Of a stretch of 64,000 bases of DNA, positions 36,044 through 46,067 are shown in pieces. Made by a program: the position numbers and the translations under genes. The DNA is from an uncultured Thermodesulfobacteriota bacterium (GTDB lineage: Bacteria > Desulfobacterota > Anaeroferrophillalia > Anaeroferrophillales > Tharpellaceae): positions 128,332 to 192,331 of the forward strand of contig CAYWGC010000001.1 in NCBI GenBank assembly GCA_964457755.1, in the 5' to 3' direction. Each line of letters begins with the position of its first letter. Within the stretch, counting starts at the first letter, position 1. The notes under the pieces were generated by a model. It searched no databases. It had not been told where the DNA came from and was given only the letters and a program-made list of their open reading frames with translations.

Positions 36044-36295
36044 TATTTTACCTCCTGATCTTTTTTGATAACCTCTACAGTAGATTATGTGATATCTTCT
36101 TTATCACATTAAAGTCAATGTTCTTAAAGCACCAGAGGGTAATGGTGAACTTTGCTTCGCCCTCATAAACGGGGTCACACCCCAAGAGTGCTTCCTCGCC
36201 AAGCTCACTGCGAAGCCCGGGGTGCTAGCGCACCTGTCACCAGCAATGACCCCAATCCCGACAGGTTGAAGCAACCCAAAGCCAAATATTTACAT

Positions 36296-37024
36296 ATGAT
36301 GAACTCAAAAATAAAAACCTTAAAAAATATCGAAGTGGCAATCATTATTCCGGTTTTGAACGAGGAAGAGGCGATTGTTAAAGTTTTAGAAGATCTGCCG
36401 GAGCACCGCCGCCAGTTGGTTTTGGTTGTCGATAACGGCAGTCTCGACAAGAGCATGGAAGTCGCCAGAAAGGCTGGGGCCAAGGTTCTTTTTGAACCGC
36501 AAAAAGGCTATGGCCGAGCCTGCCTTAAGGGATTAAAATGGCTTAAAGCGAATGATATTAAACCACAAATTGTGGTTTTTCTGGATGGCGATTACAGTGA
36601 TTTTCCAGCCGAGATCGAACTGCTTCTGGAGCCCCTGCTGAGTCGTAATTTCGATTTTGTTCTGGGCTCAAGAACCATAAAAAAGGAATCACGGCGAGCT
36701 TTAACGCCACAGGCCCGTTTCGGCAACCTTCTGGCAACCCGATTAATCGACCTCATCTGGGGGTTCTCTTATAGCGATCTGGGGCCCTTTCGCGCTCTCG
36801 ACTACAGCCTCTTAAAAAACTTAAAGATGGATGACAAAACCTACGGTTGGACCGTGCAGATGCAGATCCGGGCTCTGCAATCCCAAGCCCGCATCCTCGA
36901 AATTCCAGTTTCATATCGCTACCGCATGGGCCAATCAAAAATCAGCGGCACCATAAAAGGTACTATTTTAGCCGGTTATAAAATCCTCTCAACTATCTGG
37001 TTTGAGAGAAAGAGACGTTTTTAA
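36296..37024 (+). CDS. Family 2 glycosyltransferase (DPM1-like, soluble catalytic type)
   Basis: IIIPVLNEEEAI, VVDNGSLDKS, DGDYSD motifs. Start moved to the internal ATG at 36296. Confidence 0.75.
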   Translation: MMNSKIKTLKNIEVAIIIPVLNEEEAIVKVLEDLPEHRRQLVLVVDNGSLDKSMEVARKAGAKVLFEPQKGYGRACLKGLKWLKANDIKPQIVVFLDGDYSDFPAEIELLLEPLLSRNFDFVLGSRTIKKESRRALTPQARFGNLLATRLIDLIWGFSYSDLGPFRALDYSLLKNLKMDDKTYGWTVQMQIRALQSQARILEIPVSYRYRMGQSKISGTIKGTILAGYKILSTIWFERKRRF

Positions 37025-37124
37025 CTTTCCCACAAATATCCGATATCGGTTTTTCCACTCTCGCAACAAACTAAATTGGAAAATCGTATTGGCTTTAACA
37101 GGGGCTTTTTGCTATCCTTATAAG

Positions 37125-38603
37125 ATGAACTTTGATTTTTTCGCACTCTCAGTAGTTATCTACTACGGCCTCCTTTTTTTGCTGGCAATCTTCTGTCTGC
37201 ATCGTTTTTTTCTGGTTCGCCTCTACTACAAAACCCGGCGCCATGATCCCGCGCTGCCGCTTATAAAGTCCCACGACTGGCCTCAGGTTACGGTACAGCT
37301 GCCACTCTTTAACGAAAAATATGTCGCCGAACGACTCCTGCGACAAACTGCAGCCTTAGATTATCCGAATGGCAAACTGGAGATTCAGGTTCTTGACGAT
37401 TCAACCGATGAGACCACTGCATTAATCGCTGACATAGTCGCTGCACTACAAAAAAAAGGCCACCGGATTGTCCATCTGCACCGGAACGACCGGCGCGGGT
37501 TTAAGGCTGGAGCTCTGGCAGCCGGACTCTCCTGCTGCCGAGGCGAAATGGTGGCTGTTTTTGATGCTGATTTTCTGCCTTCAAGCGATTTTCTACGACG
37601 TACCGTGCCCTACTTTAAAGAGCCCGATATCGGCATGGTTCAAGCCCGCTGGGAGTTTATCAATCGTGACTACTCCTGGTTGACGCGGGTGCAGGCGATG
37701 CTTTTAGACGGTCATTTTGTCATCGAGCATGCGGCCCGTAACCGTTCCGGACGTTTTTTCAACTTTAACGGCACGGCCGGGATCTGGCGTAAAACCGCGA
37801 TTGCCGATGCTGGCGGTTGGCGCGCCGACACCCTGACTGAAGATCTTGATTTAAGTTATCGGGCTCAGATGCGGGGCTGGCAGTTTCTTTATCTCAAAGA
37901 CCTGACCGTTGACAGTGAGTTACCGGAAGATATGAATGCCTTTAAAACCCAGCAACATCGCTGGGCCAAGGGTTCGGCCGAAACCCTTTTAAGATTGGCC
38001 AAGCCGCTCGTAAAGAGCTCGCTGCCGCTCCCGATAAAGATCGAAGCCTTTTTCCATATGGCCGGAAATTTCGCCTACCTACTGCTCCTGGCCCTGGCTC
38101 TGGTTATGTATCCTTCGCTGATCGGGCGTTTCAACCTGCCCTGGCAGCACCTGTTAATTATTGACGTACCCCTGTTTTTGGCCACCAGCTGCGCGGTCTC
38201 ACTCTTTTTTCTGGTTTCGCAATGGGAAAACGGCCACTATTGCCGCCGCACCCTGATCACCCTGCCGCTGGCTCTGGCGGTCGGTGTCGGCCTCGCGATA
38301 AATAACGGAAAAGCGGTGTTTGAAGCCCTCTTCAACTACCACACCCCTTTCATAAGAACCCCGAAATTAAACCTATTAGAGAGTCAAAAATTAAGTCCCG
38401 CATATCGCCAACCGCTCTATATCGTACCTGTCCTGGAGGTTTTTGTCGGCCTCTACTTTTGCCTGATTATGGCGGTCGCCATCAACCTTGACAAATTTGC
38501 ACTTCTCCCTTTTCTGGCTCTCTTCGCCTGCGGCTTTTTTGGTAATGGCATCTTGAGCCTGATTCACAGTAAGCGCCGCATCTGGAGATGGCAGAAAGCA
38601 TGA
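37125..38603 (+). CDS. Membrane-embedded processive family 2 glycosyltransferase (cellulose/hyaluronan-synthase-like)
   Basis: DDSTDET, DADF, TED and QQHRW (QxxRW) motifs flanked by TM helices. Confidence 0.75.
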   Translation: MNFDFFALSVVIYYGLLFLLAIFCLHRFFLVRLYYKTRRHDPALPLIKSHDWPQVTVQLPLFNEKYVAERLLRQTAALDYPNGKLEIQVLDDSTDETTALIADIVAALQKKGHRIVHLHRNDRRGFKAGALAAGLSCCRGEMVAVFDADFLPSSDFLRRTVPYFKEPDIGMVQARWEFINRDYSWLTRVQAMLLDGHFVIEHAARNRSGRFFNFNGTAGIWRKTAIADAGGWRADTLTEDLDLSYRAQMRGWQFLYLKDLTVDSELPEDMNAFKTQQHRWAKGSAETLLRLAKPLVKSSLPLPIKIEAFFHMAGNFAYLLLLALALVMYPSLIGRFNLPWQHLLIIDVPLFLATSCAVSLFFLVSQWENGHYCRRTLITLPLALAVGVGLAINNGKAVFEALFNYHTPFIRTPKLNLLESQKLSPAYRQPLYIVPVLEVFVGLYFCLIMAVAINLDKFALLPFLALFACGFFGNGILSLIHSKRRIWRWQKA

Positions 38604-39658
38604 CAAACAACGTCAAGAACCTGCTTGAAAACTGCACAGAGTGCAACCTCTGCGTCGAGGATTGTGACTTTTTAACGAACTACGGCAACCCTAAAGAGAT
38701 AGATGCGCAATTAAGTAATTCCTTAAATCCGAAGATTCCCTACTCCTGTTCTCTCTGCTCCGCCTGTGAAAGCATTTGTCCAAACGACGTCCCCATTAGT
38801 GAGTATTTTTTAACCCGCCGCCAAGAGATCGTCGCAACCGGATCAGGCCCTCTACCTGCCCATCGGGGCCTCATCTTTTATGAACGGCTGGTCTCATCAT
38901 CACTCTTTACCGCTTATTTTCTGCCAACCGGTGCCAAGAGGGTACTTTTCCCCGGCTGTGGGGCAATCGGCAAGGCCCCGCAAACAATCAGGAAACTCTA
39001 TACTAAATTACAACAAGAATCACCGGAACCTCTGGGCCTGGTACTCGATTGCTGCCTTAAAATATCCCACGATCTCGGCCGCCAGAAGTTTTTCGAAAAA
39101 GAGTTCTCCATTTTAAAAGAGCGTCTTAAGAGCGCCGGGATCACTGAAGTAATCACCTTGTGTCCCAGCTGTACTGAGGTTTTTCGAAACTACTCCGATT
39201 TTCTCGTGACGCCCGTCTACCATCTGCTGACGACTAGCGCAGATAAAAAATTGCGGCCTGTGGCCTGCTACTCGGTGCACGACGCCTGCGTCATGCGCCG
39301 AGATCAAAAAACCCAAACCGCAGTCCGCCAGATCATAACCCAAAACGGAGCGACACTGGCTCCACTACCCCGGGAAGGCAAAGAGACAGTCTGCTGTGGT
39401 GAGGGCGGGGCCGCCTGGTGCATCGACAAGGATTTGCCGGACCGCTACCGTGAACGACGCTTACAGGGTTTAATTGAAACCATGATCGTCTACTGTTATG
39501 CCTGCCGGGATTTTCTAGATCCGGAAGATAAATTGGGAATGCTGCACATCCTCGAACTGGTCTGCGGACGCGAAAAACGCTACCCCAACTGGCGCACTTG
39601 GCTTAATCGTCGGGCTCTGAAAAAATATGTCAAAAAGCTGGTGTCAAGGCAACCTTAA
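38588..39658 (+). CDS. Fe-S oxidoreductase with an N-terminal 2x[4Fe-4S] ferredoxin motif and two Cys-rich CCG domains (HdrD/GlcF/GlpC-like)
   Basis: CTECNLCVEDC...CSLCSACESICP, then CPSC...C and CCGEGG/CYAC cysteine clusters. Confidence 0.7.
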   Translation: MAESMTNNVKNLLENCTECNLCVEDCDFLTNYGNPKEIDAQLSNSLNPKIPYSCSLCSACESICPNDVPISEYFLTRRQEIVATGSGPLPAHRGLIFYERLVSSSLFTAYFLPTGAKRVLFPGCGAIGKAPQTIRKLYTKLQQESPEPLGLVLDCCLKISHDLGRQKFFEKEFSILKERLKSAGITEVITLCPSCTEVFRNYSDFLVTPVYHLLTTSADKKLRPVACYSVHDACVMRRDQKTQTAVRQIITQNGATLAPLPREGKETVCCGEGGAAWCIDKDLPDRYRERRLQGLIETMIVYCYACRDFLDPEDKLGMLHILELVCGREKRYPNWRTWLNRRALKKYVKKLVSRQP

Positions 39659-39719
39659 AGAGTCATCAGATATGAAAATTTTTATCAAACAGCTTAATAA
39701 TTAATCTGGTAGTGTTAAA

Positions 39720-40643
39720 ATGTCCTATATTTCGACTCTGTTTTTACTTATATCAGCTTGTTTATTGCCTTTTCCGACTCAGGCCGCTGCAACCATGAAA
39801 CTTTACTCAGCTGAGAAACTCAAAACTAAAATCGCTGAACCGGAACTGGTTGTCGTCGATTGCCGCAACGCTTATGCCTATCGCAAAGGCCATATAAAAG
39901 GTGCTATTCACCTTGATTCAGGCTGCAGTGGCCCCCTGGTACATAAACTTGGGAAAGTCCCTTGTACGCTTAAGAGCCCTGGGGAGCTCTTAAGCCTGCT
40001 CACGCAAAAGGGACTCTGTCCAGATCAAGATATCATTGTCTATGGCGATCACAACTCCTGGGGTGCCGAGGGCCGCCTCCTCTGGCTTTTGCAGAAACTG
40101 GGCTACAGTAAAATTGCCCTGCTTAATGGTGGTTATGATCACTGGCAGCAACTTTCGGAACCGACGGCTGCCCTCTTTGCCGACCACAAAGAGCCCTGCC
40201 AAGAACAGCTTATGCAGAACCTTACTGTCAGCACACTCGAAAAGGCTAAAATCGGTGCCGACGCTCTTTGGCAACTTTACCGACAGGGTAATCTCATCTT
40301 TCTTGATGTCCGCAGTCAGGCTGAATATGATGGCGAAATCCTCTATCGCGAAGAACGCGGCGGTCATCTACCGGACGCCCTGCACTTTGACTGGAAAGAT
40401 TTCTGGAACGATGACTATACCCTCAAAACCAAAGCCGAGCTCCAGGCCCGGCTCACTCATGCAGGCCTGCCCCTACCGGAACAGACCGGAGAAAAGCTGA
40501 TTGTCACCTACTGTACCGGCGGTATCCGCTCCGGTTACGCCTGGTTTGTCTTAGACTGGCTCGGCTATCCTCAAGTCGAAAATTACGACAACGGCTTCTG
40601 GGAATGGGCCGCATCTCCGAATCTACCACTCCAACACCAATAA
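39720..40643 (+). CDS. Secreted tandem-rhodanese sulfurtransferase (thiosulfate/3-mercaptopyruvate sulfurtransferase-like)
   Basis: Signal peptide. Two rhodanese domains: the first inactive-type (CRNAYAYRKGHIKGAIH), the second with an active-site Cys loop YCTGGIRSG. Confidence 0.8.
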   Translation: MSYISTLFLLISACLLPFPTQAAATMKLYSAEKLKTKIAEPELVVVDCRNAYAYRKGHIKGAIHLDSGCSGPLVHKLGKVPCTLKSPGELLSLLTQKGLCPDQDIIVYGDHNSWGAEGRLLWLLQKLGYSKIALLNGGYDHWQQLSEPTAALFADHKEPCQEQLMQNLTVSTLEKAKIGADALWQLYRQGNLIFLDVRSQAEYDGEILYREERGGHLPDALHFDWKDFWNDDYTLKTKAELQARLTHAGLPLPEQTGEKLIVTYCTGGIRSGYAWFVLDWLGYPQVENYDNGFWEWAASPNLPLQHQ

Positions 40644-41121
40644 TCGCCCAACTCTCGCCTTGACTCAATTGCCCGGATAAACCTAAAACATCTTTCCAGG
40701 CAACCCCTGAAACCTCCTGCGAACACATATCACCTCAAACCCTATCCATCCCGCTGCAGACCCTTACTAAAATAACTTTTTAAGTAATAAATAGAGGGTT
40801 GACTGCAGTTCTGGATGTCGTGTATGGATATAGATTAAAATTATTCAATATACAGATGTAATAGCTCCAGACACCCGGAGTGTGCAAGGATGGCTCATGG
40901 ATTACAGGATTGCGACAGAAAAGATAACTGAATTAATTCGGCCTCAATATTTTCCTTTAGGCGTCAAAATTGTAAAGAAAGGTGAGACCCTGCCAAACGG
41001 TTCTGTGAGACCGTCAAAATACGATCTGAAGATCTCTCTTTGTCAGTGGACAACCCTTGCAAGCAAATTTATAGATTAACAATAATCTCTAAATAGCCTC
41101 TCTCTAAATAGGCGCTATTCC

Positions 41122-43086
41122 ATGATCTTGATCAATTTGCTCAAAAATAGCCGGCTGCGCACTAAAATATTTTTTATCGTATTGCCATTGGTCATCATTC
41201 CGATGATTCTGGTGGGCAGTATCATTGGCTATTTTTCAGTTCAGCAGGCTCGCAAAGGAATTACCCAGGCCTGCAAAAATGACCTTGCCCATATGGCCAG
41301 TTTCACCTGCCATCTTCTGGAGGCCCATTATCGCCAGTTCCAAGAATATCAACAGGAACGTCAAGAATGCTTCATCGCCGAATTGACCTCTTTGGCCCAT
41401 CTGTCAGCCAACCTGGTAACCGCCGAATACCGCCTCTACAAAAACGGAAACATCTCTTTAGACCGCGCCCGTGAACGAGCACGCAAAGCGTTAAAGCAGA
41501 TCAATATCGGTGAAAGCGGCTATGTCTATGCCATGACCAGCAATGGCCTGCTGCAGGTTCATGTTGCGTTGGAGAATAAAAATATCTACGAGCAACAAGA
41601 TGGCAACGGCCGTTACTTTATCAGTGAAATGTGCCAGAAAGCGGTAGAAGAAAAAGCCGGCAAAGTTCATTATATCCGCTATCCTTGGCGCAACCCAGTC
41701 CTTGGCGATACAGTTTTCCGGGAGAAACTCGCGGCCTATCTTTATTTCCCGGAATGGGACTGGATTATCGCAGCAACCGGCTATATTGGAGAACACTATA
41801 AAGACGCGGCCTATGAAGAACAGGCAATGGCTGATCTTAAAGAACATATCAAACAAAAAAAAGTAGGCCAAACCGGCTATATTTTCTGCATGGACAGCGC
41901 CGGCACCTTCACCATCCACCCGGATAAGGAGGGGGAAAATTTAATCGACTTCCGTGATGCCGACGGCAACGCTTTTATCAAAGAAATGTGTGAAAAGAAG
42001 CGCGGCTGGATCAGATACCCCTGGCGCAACTCCGACAAGGCGGCGGCCAGGATGAAAATTGTCTGCTATGACTATTTCGAGCCTTGGGACTGGATCGTTG
42101 CCGTGGGTTCGTATGAAGATGAATTTTATCAACCAGCAGACCTGATTGCTCGACGCAGTGCCCAGGCTACCATTTTGATCACCATTCTGGCATGTATAAT
42201 CTCGCTGTTACTGGCCGTCTATACCTCAAAAATACTGACCCAACCCATCCGGCACATGATCCAGGTAATCCGGAAAGTCAAAGCCGGTAAGCTCGAAGAG
42301 AAGATGCAGATCGACACCCAAGATGAGTTAGGTGAGTTGGCCAGAACATTCAACAGAATGACTCAAATCATCACAGAAAACAGAGCCATGGAAAAAACTC
42401 TGGCCCATCACGATCGCATGGCTTCCCTGGGAATCTTTTCCTCCGGCATCGCCCACGAAATCAATAACCCTTTAGGCATCATCCTTGGCTATGCCGGATA
42501 TCTGGAAAGTAAAATTGATCGAGAGGATGAAAACTATAAATATATCCACGAAATCAAACACGAAAGTAAACGCTGCCGTGTTATTGTGCAAAACCTGCTC
42601 AGCTATGCTCGGCCACCCGAACCCACATTAAAGAAAACCGATATCAAAAACCTCCTAGAAAACATTATCGACTTTGCAGCCATCCACAGCGACCTACACC
42701 ATATTATCATTACCAGAAAGATAGCTTCGGATCTGCCCCCAGCCATGGTTGATGGTGACCAAATGAGGCAAGTGGCCATCAACCTGATCCTTAATGCCGG
42801 AGCCGCCATGCAGCCTGGAGGCCAGTTACATGTAGAAGCTCGCCGCGACAAGCAAGATCTGTTGATTCTCTTTGATGACAACGGGTGTGGTATCCCAGCT
42901 GATGATCTTGATAAAATATTTGAACCTTTTTTTACTACCAGAAATAAGGGTACCGGTCTCGGGCTGGCTATTTCCAAGCGCATTATTGAACAACATCACG
43001 GTACCATAACCGTAGTCAGTACTCCAAACCAGGGGACAACGTTCACTATCCGCCTGCCGTGGCAACCGAAGGACTATGGCCTATGA
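41122..43086 (+). CDS. Sensor histidine kinase with a periplasmic double-Cache domain, HAMP, HisKA and HATPase_c
   Basis: TM, Cache motifs (YVYAMTSNGLLQVHV, GYIFCMDSAGTFTIHPD), TM, HAMP, H-box SSGIAHEINNPL, N/G boxes. Confidence 0.85.
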   Translation: MILINLLKNSRLRTKIFFIVLPLVIIPMILVGSIIGYFSVQQARKGITQACKNDLAHMASFTCHLLEAHYRQFQEYQQERQECFIAELTSLAHLSANLVTAEYRLYKNGNISLDRARERARKALKQINIGESGYVYAMTSNGLLQVHVALENKNIYEQQDGNGRYFISEMCQKAVEEKAGKVHYIRYPWRNPVLGDTVFREKLAAYLYFPEWDWIIAATGYIGEHYKDAAYEEQAMADLKEHIKQKKVGQTGYIFCMDSAGTFTIHPDKEGENLIDFRDADGNAFIKEMCEKKRGWIRYPWRNSDKAAARMKIVCYDYFEPWDWIVAVGSYEDEFYQPADLIARRSAQATILITILACIISLLLAVYTSKILTQPIRHMIQVIRKVKAGKLEEKMQIDTQDELGELARTFNRMTQIITENRAMEKTLAHHDRMASLGIFSSGIAHEINNPLGIILGYAGYLESKIDREDENYKYIHEIKHESKRCRVIVQNLLSYARPPEPTLKKTDIKNLLENIIDFAAIHSDLHHIIITRKIASDLPPAMVDGDQMRQVAINLILNAGAAMQPGGQLHVEARRDKQDLLILFDDNGCGIPADDLDKIFEPFFTTRNKGTGLGLAISKRIIEQHHGTITVVSTPNQGTTFTIRLPWQPKDYGL

Positions 43087-44477
43087 GCTCCAAGAAAATT
43101 CTTTTGATCGACAACGAAGAAGGTCTGTGCCGTATGATGAAGGCCGTGCTCAATGACAGCGGTTACCAAGTCAAGGCATTTACACAACCACTTGAAGCCG
43201 TGACCATGTTCCAGGCCAAGCAGTGGGATCTGGTAATCAGCGATATCAAAATGCCCGGTATGAGTGGCTTGGAAGTCCTGCAAAACATCAAAACAAGAGA
43301 CCCCTCCATCCCAGTGATCATGATCACCGCATACGCTACGGTTGAAACATCCATTCAGGCTCTTCGCAAGGGGGCCTATGACATGCTGACAAAACCCTTT
43401 GAGCCGGAAGAGCTGCTCTATCGAGTTAAAAACGCTTTAAAACACAACCAGTTGCTGGCAGAAAACAGTGAGCTGAAAAAAAGACTAGCGGGCAACTTCA
43501 CCTTTGATAAAATCATCGGATCTTCACAGAAACTGAAAAACATTCTTGAAACGGTAACCAAGATTGCCGCCCGTGACATGCCCGTCCTGATCAGCGGTGA
43601 ATCCGGCACCGGCAAGGAGCTTATCGCCCAAGCCATCCACTATAATTCACCCCGCCGCGAACACCGGTTCATGGCTATCAACTGCGGCGCCCTGCCCGAG
43701 TCAGTACTGGAAAGTGAACTTTTCGGCTATAAAAAAGGAGCTTTTACCGGCGCCCACAATGACCGTAAAGGAATTATTGAGGCAGCTGACAGGGGCACCC
43801 TTTTTCTCGACGAAGTCGGAAATCTATCCACCAATGTGCAGAAAACCCTGCTCCGGGCTCTACAAGAACAGGAATTTATGCGCATCGGTGACCGGCATGC
43901 AACCAAAGTCGACGTTCGCATCATCTCTGCCACCAATAGCGACCTGCTTGATCAGGTTCGCTCAAAAAGCTTTCGTGAGGATCTCTACTACCGTTTGAAC
44001 GTCATCAATCTCCACCTCCCGCCGCTGCGGGAACGGCGCGAAGACATCCCAATGCTGACCACCCACTTCATAAAGGAACAGAATCGAAAATTTAATACCC
44101 ATATCCAAGGTTTTACTCCGGAAACCTTAAAAGCCATGATCAACTTTCCCTGGCCGGGCAATATCCGCCAACTGAGCAATGTCATAGAAGCCTGCATGGC
44201 GGTTGAATTTGGCGACAGCATCAGCTTATCGGTAGCGACCCAGTTTCTCTCCGGAACTTCTCCTTACAACCCATCACCTCCAGACCCTTCTGAGGAACAG
44301 GCGGCGGAAGGAAATTATTCGAACTATCTGGCCCGCTTCGAAACAGAATACCTCATAAAGCTGCTCCAGACCTCCAGTGGTAATGTCGAAAAGGCGGCCC
44401 GGCAAGCAGGAATCAATATGGCGACCATCTATCGCAAACTGAAGAAATACCATATAAATAAAGAAGATTACTGCTAA
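43083..44477 (+). CDS. Sigma-54-dependent response regulator (NtrC family: REC, AAA+ sigma-54 activator, Fis-type HTH)
   Basis: D-box DLVISDIKMPGMSG; GESGTGKE Walker A; GAFTGA; ESELFG; C-terminal HTH. ATGA overlap with the kinase gene. Confidence 0.9.
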   Translation: MSSKKILLIDNEEGLCRMMKAVLNDSGYQVKAFTQPLEAVTMFQAKQWDLVISDIKMPGMSGLEVLQNIKTRDPSIPVIMITAYATVETSIQALRKGAYDMLTKPFEPEELLYRVKNALKHNQLLAENSELKKRLAGNFTFDKIIGSSQKLKNILETVTKIAARDMPVLISGESGTGKELIAQAIHYNSPRREHRFMAINCGALPESVLESELFGYKKGAFTGAHNDRKGIIEAADRGTLFLDEVGNLSTNVQKTLLRALQEQEFMRIGDRHATKVDVRIISATNSDLLDQVRSKSFREDLYYRLNVINLHLPPLRERREDIPMLTTHFIKEQNRKFNTHIQGFTPETLKAMINFPWPGNIRQLSNVIEACMAVEFGDSISLSVATQFLSGTSPYNPSPPDPSEEQAAEGNYSNYLARFETEYLIKLLQTSSGNVEKAARQAGINMATIYRKLKKYHINKEDYC

Positions 44478-44499
44478 CTGACGTTAGTTTCTCTCCTAA

Positions 44500-44565
44500 T
44501 TTTGCAGAAATGCAAAAGGATCTGTTTTTTTTTGCACCTCTGCAAAAAAAAACAGATCCCCATTA
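44500..44565. promoter_or_regulatory. TGCA-N4-TGCA palindromes (TTTGCAgaaaTGCAAA; TTGCAcctcTGCAA) nested in a 16-bp perfect inverted repeat (GGATCTGTTTTTTTTT...AAAAAAAAACAGATCC): terminator of the regulator gene and/or enhancer (UAS) for the downstream sigma-54 promoter
   Basis: Seen directly in sequence. Confidence 0.5.
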
Positions 44566-44717
44566 ACAACTACCAGATTGAACCACCTAAGCAAAATCCT
44601 CCTACCTTAAATGCGATTTCAGAACAACGATTTTCGCTTTTTTGCGAAAAAAATCATCCCCGACTCAAGCAACCAGCCACAACTAGTTGATATTAATAGG
44701 AAAACTCTTTAACGATT

Positions 44718-44737
44718 AACTGGTATAAACATTGCTG
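44718..44737 (+). promoter_or_regulatory. Candidate sigma-54 (-24/-12) promoter, TGGTAT-N5-TTGCT (GG-N10-GC), about 70 nt upstream of satP
   Basis: GG at 44722-44723 and GC at 44734-44735 with correct spacing; -12 TTGCT matches the consensus. Adjacent NtrC-type regulator and upstream TGCA palindromes. Confidence 0.45.
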
Positions 44738-44804
44738 ACGATACTTCCACGATTGTAATTTGCGACAAGGCATCATTAACGTTAATGTTTCTAAGGAGGG
44801 TTAC

Positions 44805-45374
44805 ATGACTGAGAAAGTAACAACCACAGGAAATCCCGGTGTTGTGGGACTGGCCGGCTTTGGTCTCGCCACCTTGCTGCTTCAATTTCACAATGTCGGC
44901 TGGTGTGGGGTTGGTCCCATTGTTGCAATGGGGTTAATTTTCGGAGGCCTGGCCCAAATGATCGCCGGCTTCCAGGAATTTAAATGTGGAAATAATTTCG
45001 GATACAGCGCTTTTGTCTCCTACGGCAGTTTCTGGATAGCACTGGGCATTATCTTTATTTTTAACCATTTTGATATCTATCATTCATCCACTACAGACGT
45101 CGGCTGGTTTCTCGTCGGTTGGACATTATACACCTTTATTATGTGGATTCCGGCAATGAAGATTCATGGGGCCATGGCCACAACCTTCACCCTGCTACTT
45201 ATCGGTTTTATCCTTCTCGATATAGCTCACTTCGGATATCCTGAATTCATCAAAATCGCTGGCTTTGAACTAATGCTCTGCGCCCTTTCAGCCTGGTACA
45301 TGATGGCCCATACCATCTTTGCTCAGGTTTTTGAGCGGGATATCCTGCCCGTCGGCAAACCCTGGATAAAATAA
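44805..45374 (+). CDS. satP: Acetate/succinate uptake transporter, GPR1/FUN34/YaaH (SatP) family
   Basis: Six TM helices; NPGVVGLAGFGLATLLLQ and YGSFWIALG motifs; AGGAGG RBS before the ATG at 44805. Confidence 0.8.
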   Translation: MTEKVTTTGNPGVVGLAGFGLATLLLQFHNVGWCGVGPIVAMGLIFGGLAQMIAGFQEFKCGNNFGYSAFVSYGSFWIALGIIFIFNHFDIYHSSTTDVGWFLVGWTLYTFIMWIPAMKIHGAMATTFTLLLIGFILLDIAHFGYPEFIKIAGFELMLCALSAWYMMAHTIFAQVFERDILPVGKPWIK

Positions 45375-45406
45375 CAACCAACCCCTATCTGCAACGGGAG
45401 AAAAAA

Positions 45407-45886
45407 ATGAAAAAACTATCCATTTTCTTTACTGCAATAACCCTTCTTTTGCTTTCTCTAAATGCTTTTGCTGATACGATTGCCAGCAAAGATGAATGTG
45501 TCATGAAGTGTCATGAAGCCGCAGCATTGATCAATTCAAAAGGCCTGGAAGAAGCCAAAAAAACCATTGAAGATCCTAATGGCCCTTATGTCTGGAAAGA
45601 TTCCTATGTTTTCTTAATGAATCTTGATGGCAAGATGCTTGCGCACCCTATCAAACCAGAATTAACCCGCAGAAACCATGTGCTGCTAATTACCGATCCC
45701 AAAGATAAAGCGCTCTTTGTTCATTTTGTCAACATGGCCAGAAACCCAGGGCATGGCTGGGTGGAATACCTATGGCCCAAACCCGGCAAAAACACTCCCT
45801 GGAAAAAGGTCACCTACATCTACAGGGTGCCGGGAACAGACCTCTTTGTCGGAGCTGGGGTCTATGTCGGCGGGATGATGTACTGA
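45407..45886 (+). CDS. Secreted single Cache-like sensor domain protein carrying one c-type haem-binding motif (CVMKCH)
   Basis: Signal peptide. CxxCH at residues 31-35. Cache-type motif YVFLMNLDGKMLAHPIKPEL shared with the sensor domains of the neighbouring kinase and PAS protein. Confidence 0.6.
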   Translation: MKKLSIFFTAITLLLLSLNAFADTIASKDECVMKCHEAAALINSKGLEEAKKTIEDPNGPYVWKDSYVFLMNLDGKMLAHPIKPELTRRNHVLLITDPKDKALFVHFVNMARNPGHGWVEYLWPKPGKNTPWKKVTYIYRVPGTDLFVGAGVYVGGMMY

Positions 45887-46067
45887 TCCTATAATTCAAG
45901 CTTGGTGGCTCCCCGACTTTTTACGCCGCACAAAAGGTTTCCTTGGAGGTGTAAAACCATCAAGCTTGACTTATTTACTAAATCGTTATAACAAAAAGAT
46001 TACTAACCAAAATCAGCATAATCCCCCCTCTTCGCTACTGCAGCAGACAAAAACCGTCAGGTGAAAC

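Noticed and set aside
40882-41079. 65-aa ORF in the 480-nt spacer before the sensor kinase
   Set aside because: No convincing RBS and no recognisable domain; possibly a gene remnant. Insufficient evidence to call it.
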